NCBI GenBank assembly: GCA_038215615.1
Contig: JBBQQR010000033.1
Coordinates: 1-16,626, forward strand
DNA length: 16,626 bases
Source: Vulcanimicrobiales bacterium
GTDB taxonomy: Bacteria > Vulcanimicrobiota > Vulcanimicrobiia > Vulcanimicrobiales > Vulcanimicrobiaceae
Direction: 5' to 3'
Positions 7,185 to 15,847 of this stretch are shown here, piece after piece (position 1 is the stretch's first letter; each line of letters opens with the position of its first letter). Below the pieces are notes generated by a model. The model worked only from the letters and a program-made list of their open reading frames with translations, was not told the DNA's origin and searched no databases. Position numbers and translations under genes: made by a program.

Positions 7185-10100
7185 TCGCGCACGGTCCAGC
7201 GTCGCGCCCGCCACATAAGCATCAGCAGGAAGATCGTTCCGCCCAAAGTGATGATGAACCCGACGGCGTACAGCTGCTGCGGCGCGTAGACCAACATGAC
7301 TCGGATGTCCTGACCGGGTGGCACTAACCAGCCGTTTTCAAACCCGTTCACTGGAAAATGAGGCAACCCCGGCGCAAAAGCATACTGCAAGTTGCTCCAG
7401 CCTACAACTCCCCCCAGATCGGCTTGCCCCGGTTTGAGGATCACTGCCTTCCAACCGCGATTGAAAACTTCGTCGAAGGCCAGAATCGTCGGCTTGCGCG
7501 CGGAAAGCCTCACTTCGTAGCGCACCGCGCTAATGGAAGTCCCATTCACGGCCACCTTATTCGCGGCAAGATCCGCGGTCGACGAATAGCTCATGCCTGT
7601 CGCTCTGGGCTCGAGTGCAGCGACCGTTGCATAAGCGGCCAGCGTAAATAATCTCAGACTACTGAGGGAGATGCCTTCTGATGCCCAGTCGACAACGAGA
7701 TCGATGCGCTTCAGCCGCATGTCAGCTGGCAGCCGTCGGGCAGCCAGCAGCTCCGTCATATCGATCGAAATGAGCTTTCCGACGACTCCCAAAGCCGTGT
7801 TCTGCGCAAGGATCTGCCTGATAAGGCTTGAGCCGGAGATCGGCAGGGCAATGTTCGCACCGCCCGTCACCGTCACGCCTTCGAATTGAGCACCGGGCTT
7901 ATACGGATCGATCGCAATGGTTTCCGCACGCTTGCCTTGCTCAGCGACAAGACGCAAAAAGACACGTTGTTGGTTCCCGCCCGGGCGGAAGCCGAAGGTC
8001 AACACTCGGCCCTTCATCGGTATAGACTGAACGTCACGACTGATGGTTAGCACGCCGCCGGTGCCATCCTGAGGCACGCCTACTGATGCGATGGCATTTG
8101 TTTGCACCAACCGCACGTCGTCTTCTGCCACCTTGATGCTGATCGCGGCGCGGCTGGTCGAAAGCACTTCGCCGAGAAACTTTTCGTTATTGACGGTCGT
8201 GAACGCGTAGCGCTCATGCAGGACATACGCCGTGATCTTGGCGGGGGAATAGTCCTCAAAATTGCTAGGTGGCTGCCCCAGGAGTTCGACGGTGCCGGGG
8301 CCGCTCGTCACGGGCATACGGGCGTCGGCCGCTTCTCCGCTCCAACGTGCGATTCCGGGTTCGAGCCCCAACTCAGCCTCATTCAACGTCGGAGCATAGC
8401 TGTTCGTCGCCACGACCGAAAGCGTTCTGAGATCGAATTCGGGGAAAGCCCCGCCCGCCGATGACCCAACGAGCATCAGCCATAACGAAATCGTCGAGCC
8501 TTCGACGCGCTGAGGTATGCGGTGAGCGAGCAACCAGCGCGTGTCGTACTGATGAGACTTCCGCACGAACGCCCAGCGTTGCCGGTATTTCGCATCAATG
8601 GCCGGGATGAGGTCGATCGGCTGGTCGGGATCCGTCGCAAATTCTTCCCGCGAGACCTCGCCCTTGGGCGACCGAATCTCGACCAGAATCGCCGCGTACC
8701 CTCGGGCACTCGAGATCGACCTCACATCGGAAAAAACGAGGGGCGCGGTGTCCACGGGGGCGCCGCGCAAAATGGGGAGCATGGTTCCAATCGTTCCGGC
8801 CTCGCGCGAGTGCGAAGACAGCCGCACCGTTGCGCGCTGACCGGCAAAATGCATCGCGAACGACGCCGGAAGCAGCGGCGGTCGTTCTTCGTCAGCGGCG
8901 ACCGACGAAATCTTTGCCTGCACATCGCCCGGCGCATGCTGGATCGTACGCGTCGTGACGCCAGGCGCGAGATTCACGGTCAGGAGGCCGTATCGCGCAC
9001 TCCAAGAGACGAACCCGGCAGCCGTTTGGTCCGGCACGATGTCGGAGCCGGAGAGCTGCACCGCCGCCCGCACGAACGACGCGCTGTCGTTGCGCAAAAT
9101 GAGGAGCGACTGATTGTCCGAGGACGGCAAGGTGGAAACGGAAGCCGAAACGGTCGTAACATCCAAAACCCGATCGGCGGCGACCGGCTGCGCATCTTTC
9201 GCCCTTAGGTGCGTGAGCTGCCACTTGCTGAGAGCGAATATGGGTTGCGTTTGCTCGCGGTACGGCGAACGCGTCTGCGCGCTGCGAAACACCTTTGGAC
9301 GGTAACCGTAGCGGCCTTCGATCGGCATCGCGTTCGACGCATCATTGCCCGCCAGCATCGCGAGTGGAGCGGATCGGTTTGCGGACCAATACCGCGTGAT
9401 GTCCGTCGTTCTGGTGCCGGCGGGATCAACCACATATTCATGTGAAATTTTCTGCAGATCGGCGGGGAGCGGAGCGTTGCCAGTTATCGAGACCAACGCG
9501 ACGCCGTGACTTCCCAGCCCATTCCACGCTCCTGAGAGCTCGGGGCGAACGTTCCCAACCGCAACCGCGTCGGTCGCTTGGACTTTCCCGTGATAGGGGA
9601 GCTCGTAGATATGCCAGGGCCCAAACGACCTCGCCTTTCGGATACCGGGAATGCGCTGCACCGCTTGTTCCCACACGACCGGAGCGATTTGGTACCCGAA
9701 CCCAATGTCAAACCACGCATCGTTTTGGATGACGATGTCCGTGATGCCGAGAGTCTGAAGATCCGAACGCGCGACGACGTTTTCGTCGAGGATGTCGCGG
9801 TACGCGCGCTGGAGCATCAAATCGTAAGGCCGGCGCGAAAGAGCCGCCGCGCCGGCCGGCTGGAAGTAGGCCACGGGCCGCAACGTCAAGTTGTCGGTAA
9901 TGGGCGACGAGCTGATTATCGGGCCGTCCTGCCACGGGAAAATGTTCGGCGAAACCGAGATCACCGGAAAGAACGTGTACCGCCCGGGACGCAGCGAGAG
10001 GTAACGGGCCGCCGCCTCAACGTACGGGGGATACTTCATTACGAAGCCGGGGATTTGTTCTCGAAAGGGCTTTAAAAACTCGCCGGTGATGAGCGGATAA

Positions 10101-11395
10101 CCGTACGCGAGCGTTGCCGCACTCAACCCCACCGCGACCGCGAATCGCCGCCACTTGAGGGCAATGGCACCGAGAAAGAACCCAAGCAGCATCCCATACG
10201 CCAAGGGCAAGAACTGTGTAAAGACAAACCACGGACTGCGCAGGACTTGTAACCCGGGAAGGTTGCGCACCAACTTGAATATGATGCCGGTCGGCAGATG
10301 CGAACCCGGGGCAAAAAACAGAATGACGATCGCCGCCACCGAAAGCATGAGCGCGCGCCTGCGCAGCTCGCCGTTCTTCAAAAGACGCAGCGCGCCAAAC
10401 GCCAAGGCCACCAAGGCGCCGCCGATTGCGATAAAGACCGGATTTCTCAGATATACTTGCGAATAAGCGTCGAACCACTCGCCATTATACTTGTAGAACC
10501 AATCCCATGATCCGAGCATTCTGGCAACGATGAACAGTGAAGAGTGCGAACTCTGTCCGTCTTCCCAATCCGGATAATTGAAGTCTTTTAGCGAGATTCC
10601 GCCGGCTTCTTCAGCGGTTGCTTTGATGAAGTGCGCGAGCGGAAGAATCCAATAGGCATTCACCAACGCGAATGCCGCACCGAATGCCACGCAGGTTAGC
10701 AGCGCATGCCGGGACGCGTCCGGGCGACGGTCCGTTAGCCAAGCGACCACGACGATCGCTCCGAGGAAGAGCATGACGGCGATTTGGAGCGGCGGGAACA
10801 TGCCCACCGGACTCGCGATGAGCGAGAGCAGACCGAATAGTGAGGCGCCCGCCAGGATCGCCAGCCGGCGTTCGAGCGTCAGGATCAGAACGGTAACGAG
10901 GGAAGGCAAGATCGAATAGGTCGTGATGTTTGAGACTGACAAGTTCTCAAACAGCGCTCCCGTCATCATGACTGGATTGAAGAGATACACAAGCGTCCCG
11001 ACGAGGCTCGCCGCGCGACTTCCCGTCAACAGCCGCATAGACGTCCACATCGAGAATGCGGCGATCATGTACCAGATCGTGATGAACAGTTTCTCATGAA
11101 GAGTATGGCTTAAGTGAAATGTTTGGACGAGGGCCTCGGCGCCGTGCCACAAAGCCCCGGCGACGTTGTTGCCGGAGTCAACGCCGCCGTTCTCGCGGGG
11201 ATACCACATGAAGAGGCGGCTCGCAAACCACTCGGCCGCATTGAACGGCCAAGTCGTATCGTTGCCATTTGCAACGTACGGCGATTGAAACCAGAGAAAA
11301 GGCGTGAAACCAAGAGTGAACGGAATAAGCAGCTCCGCCAGATTCTTCCAGCGGAATCGGCGCTGCGTCCCTTCCGCGCTGTCAGAACCTCGCAC
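7181..11395 (-). CDS. Large AftD/DUF3367-like GT-C membrane glycosyltransferase with a long extracytoplasmic region and a C-terminal TM anchor
   Basis: 1404 aa. Motifs in AftD-like order: NGNDT, RLFMWYP, VYLFNP, YSILP, NAYWILP, SSLFIVARMLGSW, VLRSPWFVF, YPPYVEAAARYL, LQTLGITDIVIQND. YfhO-like C-terminus FDEVFNRGWKA...HFPVNGFENGWLV...YAPQ followed by a TM and RARR. Confidence 0.8.
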   Translation of the reverse strand: MRGSDSAEGTQRRFRWKNLAELLIPFTLGFTPFLWFQSPYVANGNDTTWPFNAAEWFASRLFMWYPRENGGVDSGNNVAGALWHGAEALVQTFHLSHTLHEKLFITIWYMIAAFSMWTSMRLLTGSRAASLVGTLVYLFNPVMMTGALFENLSVSNITTYSILPSLVTVLILTLERRLAILAGASLFGLLSLIASPVGMFPPLQIAVMLFLGAIVVVAWLTDRRPDASRHALLTCVAFGAAFALVNAYWILPLAHFIKATAEEAGGISLKDFNYPDWEDGQSSHSSLFIVARMLGSWDWFYKYNGEWFDAYSQVYLRNPVFIAIGGALVALAFGALRLLKNGELRRRALMLSVAAIVILFFAPGSHLPTGIIFKLVRNLPGLQVLRSPWFVFTQFLPLAYGMLLGFFLGAIALKWRRFAVAVGLSAATLAYGYPLITGEFLKPFREQIPGFVMKYPPYVEAAARYLSLRPGRYTFFPVISVSPNIFPWQDGPIISSSPITDNLTLRPVAYFQPAGAAALSRRPYDLMLQRAYRDILDENVVARSDLQTLGITDIVIQNDAWFDIGFGYQIAPVVWEQAVQRIPGIRKARSFGPWHIYELPYHGKVQATDAVAVGNVRPELSGAWNGLGSHGVALVSITGNAPLPADLQKISHEYVVDPAGTRTTDITRYWSANRSAPLAMLAGNDASNAMPIEGRYGYRPKVFRSAQTRSPYREQTQPIFALSKWQLTHLRAKDAQPVAADRVLDVTTVSASVSTLPSSDNQSLLILRNDSASFVRAAVQLSGSDIVPDQTAAGFVSWSARYGLLTVNLAPGVTTRTIQHAPGDVQAKISSVAADEERPPLLPASFAMHFAGQRATVRLSSHSREAGTIGTMLPILRGAPVDTAPLVFSDVRSISSARGYAAILVEIRSPKGEVSREEFATDPDQPIDLIPAIDAKYRQRWAFVRKSHQYDTRWLLAHRIPQRVEGSTISLWLMLVGSSAGGAFPEFDLRTLSVVATNSYAPTLNEAELGLEPGIARWSGEAADARMPVTSGPGTVELLGQPPSNFEDYSPAKITAYVLHERYAFTTVNNEKFLGEVLSTSRAAISIKVAEDDVRLVQTNAIASVGVPQDGTGGVLTISRDVQSIPMKGRVLTFGFRPGGNQQRVFLRLVAEQGKRAETIAIDPYKPGAQFEGVTVTGGANIALPISGSSLIRQILAQNTALGVVGKLISIDMTELLAARRLPADMRLKRIDLVVDWASEGISLSSLRLFTLAAYATVAALEPRATGMSYSSTADLAANKVAVNGTSISAVRYEVRLSARKPTILAFDEVFNRGWKAVILKPGQADLGGVVGWSNLQYAFAPGLPHFPVNGFENGWLVPPGQDIRVMLVYAPQQLYAVGFIITLGGTIFLLMLMWRARRWTVRE

Positions 11396-11398
11396 GCG

Positions 11399-12208
11399 TC
11401 AGGCGGCGCTTTCCTGAGCGTTTTCGCGGGTGGCGGTCAACAAAATTCCATTCCCCTCAGAGGGAGAACGATCGAAAAACTGAGCGATGCCGTTGAGCCA
11501 AGGAAAAGCAACGCTTTGCAAGACTCCACCTGCGAGCAACATGTTCAGCTCCCAGCATAACGCAGCCACACTTCCAAACGTGGGGACGCATCGATTCACT
11601 TGGAAGCCGCTGGCCTGCGCAACCTTTGTTAGGTCGGGGCGGGTGAAACCCTCGCGCTGATGGTCGTGATGTTCCCAAGCCTTGAAGACTTTGAAATGGC
11701 GCCGCTGGCCGATCGCCGGCGTATGAACGATGAGTAGCCCGCCCGGCTTCAGCAGGGAGTACGCCTTCTGAAAAAACCGGGGCACATCGGCGTCGGACAT
11801 ATGCTCCAAAACGTCGATCGAGACTGCGAGATCGAACGGACCGCCTTCAAAATCGAGTAGGTTACCACAACTGATGTCCGCATATGGATGCGTGGCGCGT
11901 GCAACTGCGATACTCTCTTCATCTATATCCACGCCGGCAATCGTTCGCGCACGCTTTCCGCGATGCACGGCTCCGAGCAGAAAACCGGCGCCACATCCGA
12001 GGTCAACAATCGAATCCACCTGCCGCGGCATGTTCGCGAGAGCATGGCGAATCCGAACGTGCACACCGACCTCGGGCACACCAAAACAAGAAAGATAGAG
12101 CGGCGCTATCCGCATCGCCAGTTTGCCTAGTCTCGAATTGACATTGAGCTCTTGTTCGGCCCGATTTAAGAGATACTGCGGTTGGCTCGCGAGTTCAGAC
12201 CCGACCAT
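11399..12208 (-). CDS. Class I SAM-dependent methyltransferase
   Basis: IVDLGCGAG (motif I), GVDID, FDLAVSIDVLEH, LLKPGGLLIV. ATG 12208 has GAGG about 10 nt upstream and overlaps the upstream stop (ORF track extends to 12259). Confidence 0.9.
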   Translation of the reverse strand: MVGSELASQPQYLLNRAEQELNVNSRLGKLAMRIAPLYLSCFGVPEVGVHVRIRHALANMPRQVDSIVDLGCGAGFLLGAVHRGKRARTIAGVDIDEESIAVARATHPYADISCGNLLDFEGGPFDLAVSIDVLEHMSDADVPRFFQKAYSLLKPGGLLIVHTPAIGQRRHFKVFKAWEHHDHQREGFTRPDLTKVAQASGFQVNRCVPTFGSVAALCWELNMLLAGGVLQSVAFPWLNGIAQFFDRSPSEGNGILLTATRENAQESAA

Positions 12209-14249
12209 GCGAAACGCCCTCGAACTTCCCGAGCGACACCTCCGCGGCACCGATGACATCGCGAGCGGGGGAGGATTCGAGCTCGTTTAGCGGCCGGATA
12301 AGTTTTTGATTATTACGCGCGAGGATTGACCAAGTGTTTCCGTGCCGGAACAAGTGCACTCGGGCGTCCATGAGGGCACCGATTACCACCTCCAACATTT
12401 CGTCGGACGCGCGGTCCCAGTTGTACTGCAGTGAGTTTTGAAAAGCCGCGCCGGCAAGACGGCTGCGCTGCTGGTGATCGTGAAGAAGGTCAATAACGGA
12501 GCTTTCGAATTCTTGCTGCGAGTGCACGAGCATTCCCGTCACCGCATTCGAGACTGCCTCTCGAACGCCCGGCGACGCAAAGGCCACCGCAGGCGTACCG
12601 CAGGCATTCGCCTCTATAATTGAGATGCCCCAGCCTTCCATCTCGGAGGCCATGACAAAGAGCCAGGCGCTGCCAAGCACTTCGCTCTTTGCTTCGTCAG
12701 GCACGTATCCGAGGAACGTGACGTTGTCCGCCAGACCGAGATCCCGAGTCAATTGCTGCAACGCTTCCGCCTCGGGTCCTCCACCAGCGATTTCGAGCTG
12801 CGCTCCGGGTACCACGCGACAGATGTTCGTCATTGAGCGAATCAATATGTCGATGCGTTTGTATTTGTTCAGACGGCCGAGATAGACGACCTTGGGCGCC
12901 GCACTTTTAGCCGTGCGATGCAACCTAGCATCGACGCCGCAGTACACCACAGGAGCCCGGTTTCTGCCTATTCCCACGCGGAGCATCTCATCGGCAGTGT
13001 CCTGGGATATGGTAACCATCGGAACGCGCTGGTAGATAAACGGCATCACCTTGGTTTCCAGGAAGACGAAGAGCCAAGAAAACGGCGCGCGCAGTTGGCT
13101 CAAGAAGACCGCCCTGTGGACATGATAAAGCACAAGCACCTTCTTCTTTAGAGAGAAGAAGGGCGAAAAAAATGGGATACCGTTCTCCGAATCAATTATG
13201 ACGTCGTACCGATCGCGAAGGTTCCGCAGGTAGTAAAGCGGCGCCAGAAAGTAGAGCGTCACTCGATTTCCAACGCGATGCATGAGAATGCCGTCGATCG
13301 TTTTCTGCTGTTCGGAACCCGCGAACCGAGCGCTTAGCCAATCGACGGTATGACCTTTGGCCACCCATCGCCGCGCGATCTCGTGCAGATACGTTTCGGC
13401 GCCTCCAGCGTGCGGGTGCTCGACATCTCGCCAATTCAAAATGAGAACACGAACGCCGTGATGTAACCGAACGGGATGAGTCTGGAAAAGACGATCGAAA
13501 ACGGGCACGACCATCTTCAAAAATGAATGGCGCAGCCGCAGACGCACGATTGCCGTAAACATCAAAGTACTTGCTATCGCGAGGCTGATCGTGGATCCGG
13601 AGCGATCGGCCCATTCCGTCGGTTCCTCGAATACTGTAATGCCGGCTCGCTTTAAGGCGAACAACAGATCAACGTCGAAAGCAAGATTGGCCGTATCCAC
13701 ATCACGCAAGACGCGTTTCAGTATGTCCGCTCGAAACACTTTGGCACCGCATTGCGTATCCTTGTACGCAAGACCAAACATAATTCGAGTGCACACATTG
13801 AAGACGCGGCTTGCAATTCGACGTTTCAAGGACTGAGCTTCCGTGACGCGCGCGCCGGATTTCCACCGGGATCCAATGACGGCGCCGTGTTTTTCTGCCA
13901 GCGTACATAAGCGGTGCATTTCGCGGGCGGCGGTGGATCCATCGGCGTCGACAAACCCGACGAGCTGACCGTTTGCAGACAGCATTCCGATTTTCACTGC
14001 GCCGCCCTTACCGACGCGTTCTTCTACTTCGATAAGTCGCGCGTTAGGGTGAAAATAAGCGTGCGCGCGCACGGTATTAGCACAATTGTCCGTCGAACCG
14101 TTGACTACAACTATCAGTTCCGCTTCGGGAAAATTCGACGCGAAATCCCGCAAGGTCGATTCAATGCGCGATGCTTCGTTGTAGGCTGGAATAATGATGG
14201 AATATTTCAACTCGGCTCGACTCCCTCGGGCAACGGAAACTACTCTCAC
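12195..14249 (-). CDS. Bifunctional glycosyltransferase: N-terminal GT2 (dolichyl/polyprenyl-phosphate glycosyltransferase-like) fused to C-terminal GT4
   Basis: GT2: SIIIPAYNE, GKGGAV, FVDADGST, IGSR, DTQCGAKVF, FDVDLL. GT4 (from ~13460 down): ILNWRDVEHPHAGGAE, YLGRLNKYKR, EGWGISIIEANACGTP. Start is GTG 14249 or TTG 14210, the latter with GAGGGAG 10 nt upstream. Confidence 0.92.
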   Translation of the reverse strand: MRVVSVARGSRAELKYSIIIPAYNEASRIESTLRDFASNFPEAELIVVVNGSTDNCANTVRAHAYFHPNARLIEVEERVGKGGAVKIGMLSANGQLVGFVDADGSTAAREMHRLCTLAEKHGAVIGSRWKSGARVTEAQSLKRRIASRVFNVCTRIMFGLAYKDTQCGAKVFRADILKRVLRDVDTANLAFDVDLLFALKRAGITVFEEPTEWADRSGSTISLAIASTLMFTAIVRLRLRHSFLKMVVPVFDRLFQTHPVRLHHGVRVLILNWRDVEHPHAGGAETYLHEIARRWVAKGHTVDWLSARFAGSEQQKTIDGILMHRVGNRVTLYFLAPLYYLRNLRDRYDVIIDSENGIPFFSPFFSLKKKVLVLYHVHRAVFLSQLRAPFSWLFVFLETKVMPFIYQRVPMVTISQDTADEMLRVGIGRNRAPVVYCGVDARLHRTAKSAAPKVVYLGRLNKYKRIDILIRSMTNICRVVPGAQLEIAGGGPEAEALQQLTRDLGLADNVTFLGYVPDEAKSEVLGSAWLFVMASEMEGWGISIIEANACGTPAVAFASPGVREAVSNAVTGMLVHSQQEFESSVIDLLHDHQQRSRLAGAAFQNSLQYNWDRASDEMLEVVIGALMDARVHLFRHGNTWSILARNNQKLIRPLNELESSPARDVIGAAEVSLGKFEGVSHGRV

Positions 14250-14503
14250 CTTTGATCAACGGGTGCGTGACGGTGCCCTGGCGCAAGCCGACCGTACGGA
14301 GACGACCGCATTGGACACAGCTGGGAGAGGTACGGCGAGGAGAGGGACCTGCCCTGCATTTTGGCCAGCTCTTACTGGTAGCAAACCTCCCTCATTAACT
14401 TGATCCTAATGATCCGCGATCGGAAGCCGCCGAGCAAGATCTTCTTATGTAGTTCAGGTTCCGCGCGAACGCAGCCGATGCCGCTTGAGGCATTTCTTAA
14501 AAT
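14250..14503 (-). promoter_or_regulatory. Only sizeable intergenic gap in the minus-strand cluster; probable promoter/5' leader of the glycosyltransferase block
   Basis: All other junctions in the cluster overlap or are under 15 bp. No convincing sigma-70 -35/-10 pair was identified. Confidence 0.35.
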
Positions 14504-15847
14504 CTAAGGCATCCGTTCGCTCGCGGGACGCAGCGGCGCTTGCCTCACGGCGCGTAACGGAACCCCGATGAGGCACGAGACCAGCGCGATGAAATTGCAT
14601 GCCAGGAGAACGTGAATCGCACTCCAGAGCGTCGCATGAAAAATTGACAGCCCAACGGGCTCGATGATCGCTATTGCGATCAGCGGCAGGACAAATCCGT
14701 AACGGTGCAGCCCGATCCTGTACGTCATGACAACGTTCGTCGTCGCCAATAGCGTCATCGCGACGCCGTACGTGAAGATGTACGGGGCCGCGGGAACAAA
14801 CGCCGCGCCATACGTCAGCCTCACCACTGCGTTGGGCACGACGTAAAATACCGCTAAACCCACCGCCCCGAACGCAAGCATCAGCGCGATGCCCTGTACG
14901 AGTACGCCGGACGAGGCCGCACCTTGCGCCGAACGGTGTGCGGCCTTCGGCAGCACCAACACCGGAACGAACCCGACTAAGAAAAACAGCATCTTTCCGC
15001 ACACCGAAACGGCGCTATAGATACCCGCTGCTTGCGGCTCGAAGAAATGCTTGATGAGCGGCACGTCGACGAATCCCATGATCGCCACCGCCGACGTTCC
15101 CAAGATCACGGCGCCCGTTGTCTGCAGTAATCTGCGCGCATCGATCATCAGAGCCGCGATCTCGTTGCTCCAGTGGCGCCGGGCTGCGGCGTACGTGTAC
15201 GCTACGCTCAGCAAGCCGGCGATCAGATAGCCGGCGAAGACTCCCGGCACGCCGAAGCCCCAATACGCGAGCCCCACGGCCAGTCCGACTTTCGCGACGG
15301 CTTCGAGCACGGTCGAGATCGCAAGCCGTTTGAAATCTTGCGTGCCTTGCAAGATGCCACGCAGAATAGGGAGGACCAGCGCGAAACTCAACACCATCGC
15401 CGCCGCGAGCACGTCCGTCGAATCGCTCAGACGAAAGTACTGTGCGATAGGCACGCGGAGCAGAACGCCGATCGCGACCGCTCCTACGCCGGCAAGCAGC
15501 GAGGGCCACAACAACCGGTGCGCGAGGGCGCCGATCTTGGCCCGGTCGCCCACGGCGTTGAACTCGGCGACGAACTTTACGACGATCATCGTCACGATCG
15601 ATGCCGGAATTCCGACGATCCCCAACAGCGAGATGAGCGAAGCGAACGCTCCATAATCGATGACGCCGAGCTTGCGGCTGAGAATGAAATGAATCGCATA
15701 GCTCACCACGTTCACGACCGTGGTCGAGCCGAACACAATTGCGCTATCTCGCAGAAAATCGCTGCGCCCTAAAAAGGCCAGCGACGGGCGCCCTCCGGTT
15801 AAAAACGAAAGCGGAGAGCGCGCAACCTGCGGAGTCTCTTCAAGCAA
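14504..15847 (-). CDS. Wzx-like oligosaccharide flippase (MOP superfamily, polysaccharide biosynthesis protein)
   Basis: About 12 TM segments. ILSRKLGVIDYGAF, RGILQGTQDFKRL, VDVPLIKHFF...AGIYSAV and VLVLPK are typical Wzx/MATE-like landmarks. The TTG start overlaps the murJ stop. Confidence 0.88.
   Translation of the reverse strand: MLEETPQVARSPLSFLTGGRPSLAFLGRSDFLRDSAIVFGSTTVVNVVSYAIHFILSRKLGVIDYGAFASLISLLGIVGIPASIVTMIVVKFVAEFNAVGDRAKIGALAHRLLWPSLLAGVGAVAIGVLLRVPIAQYFRLSDSTDVLAAAMVLSFALVLPILRGILQGTQDFKRLAISTVLEAVAKVGLAVGLAYWGFGVPGVFAGYLIAGLLSVAYTYAAARRHWSNEIAALMIDARRLLQTTGAVILGTSAVAIMGFVDVPLIKHFFEPQAAGIYSAVSVCGKMLFFLVGFVPVLVLPKAAHRSAQGAASSGVLVQGIALMLAFGAVGLAVFYVVPNAVVRLTYGAAFVPAAPYIFTYGVAMTLLATTNVVMTYRIGLHRYGFVLPLIAIAIIEPVGLSIFHATLWSAIHVLLACNFIALVSCLIGVPLRAVRQAPLRPASERMP

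Noticed and set aside
7181..11395. Assigning the gene symbol aftD and arabinofuranosyltransferase activity
   Set aside because: The similarity is at family/architecture level only, and no decaprenyl-phospho-arabinose pathway genes are in the window, so the donor sugar is unknown.
14194..14403. 69-aa plus-strand ORF across the intergenic region
   Set aside because: It overlaps the GT start antisense, has no SD or motif, and shows no coding evidence.
14478..14493. ATGCC-GCTTGA-GGCAT hairpin after wzx as an intrinsic terminator
   Set aside because: The stem is only 5 bp and there is no U-tract on the minus (sense) strand.
14250..14503. Known riboswitch (e.g. c-di-GMP-I) or tRNA in the intergenic region
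   Set aside because: I could not match the required conserved motifs or a cloverleaf on either strand. An Rfam scan would be decisive.
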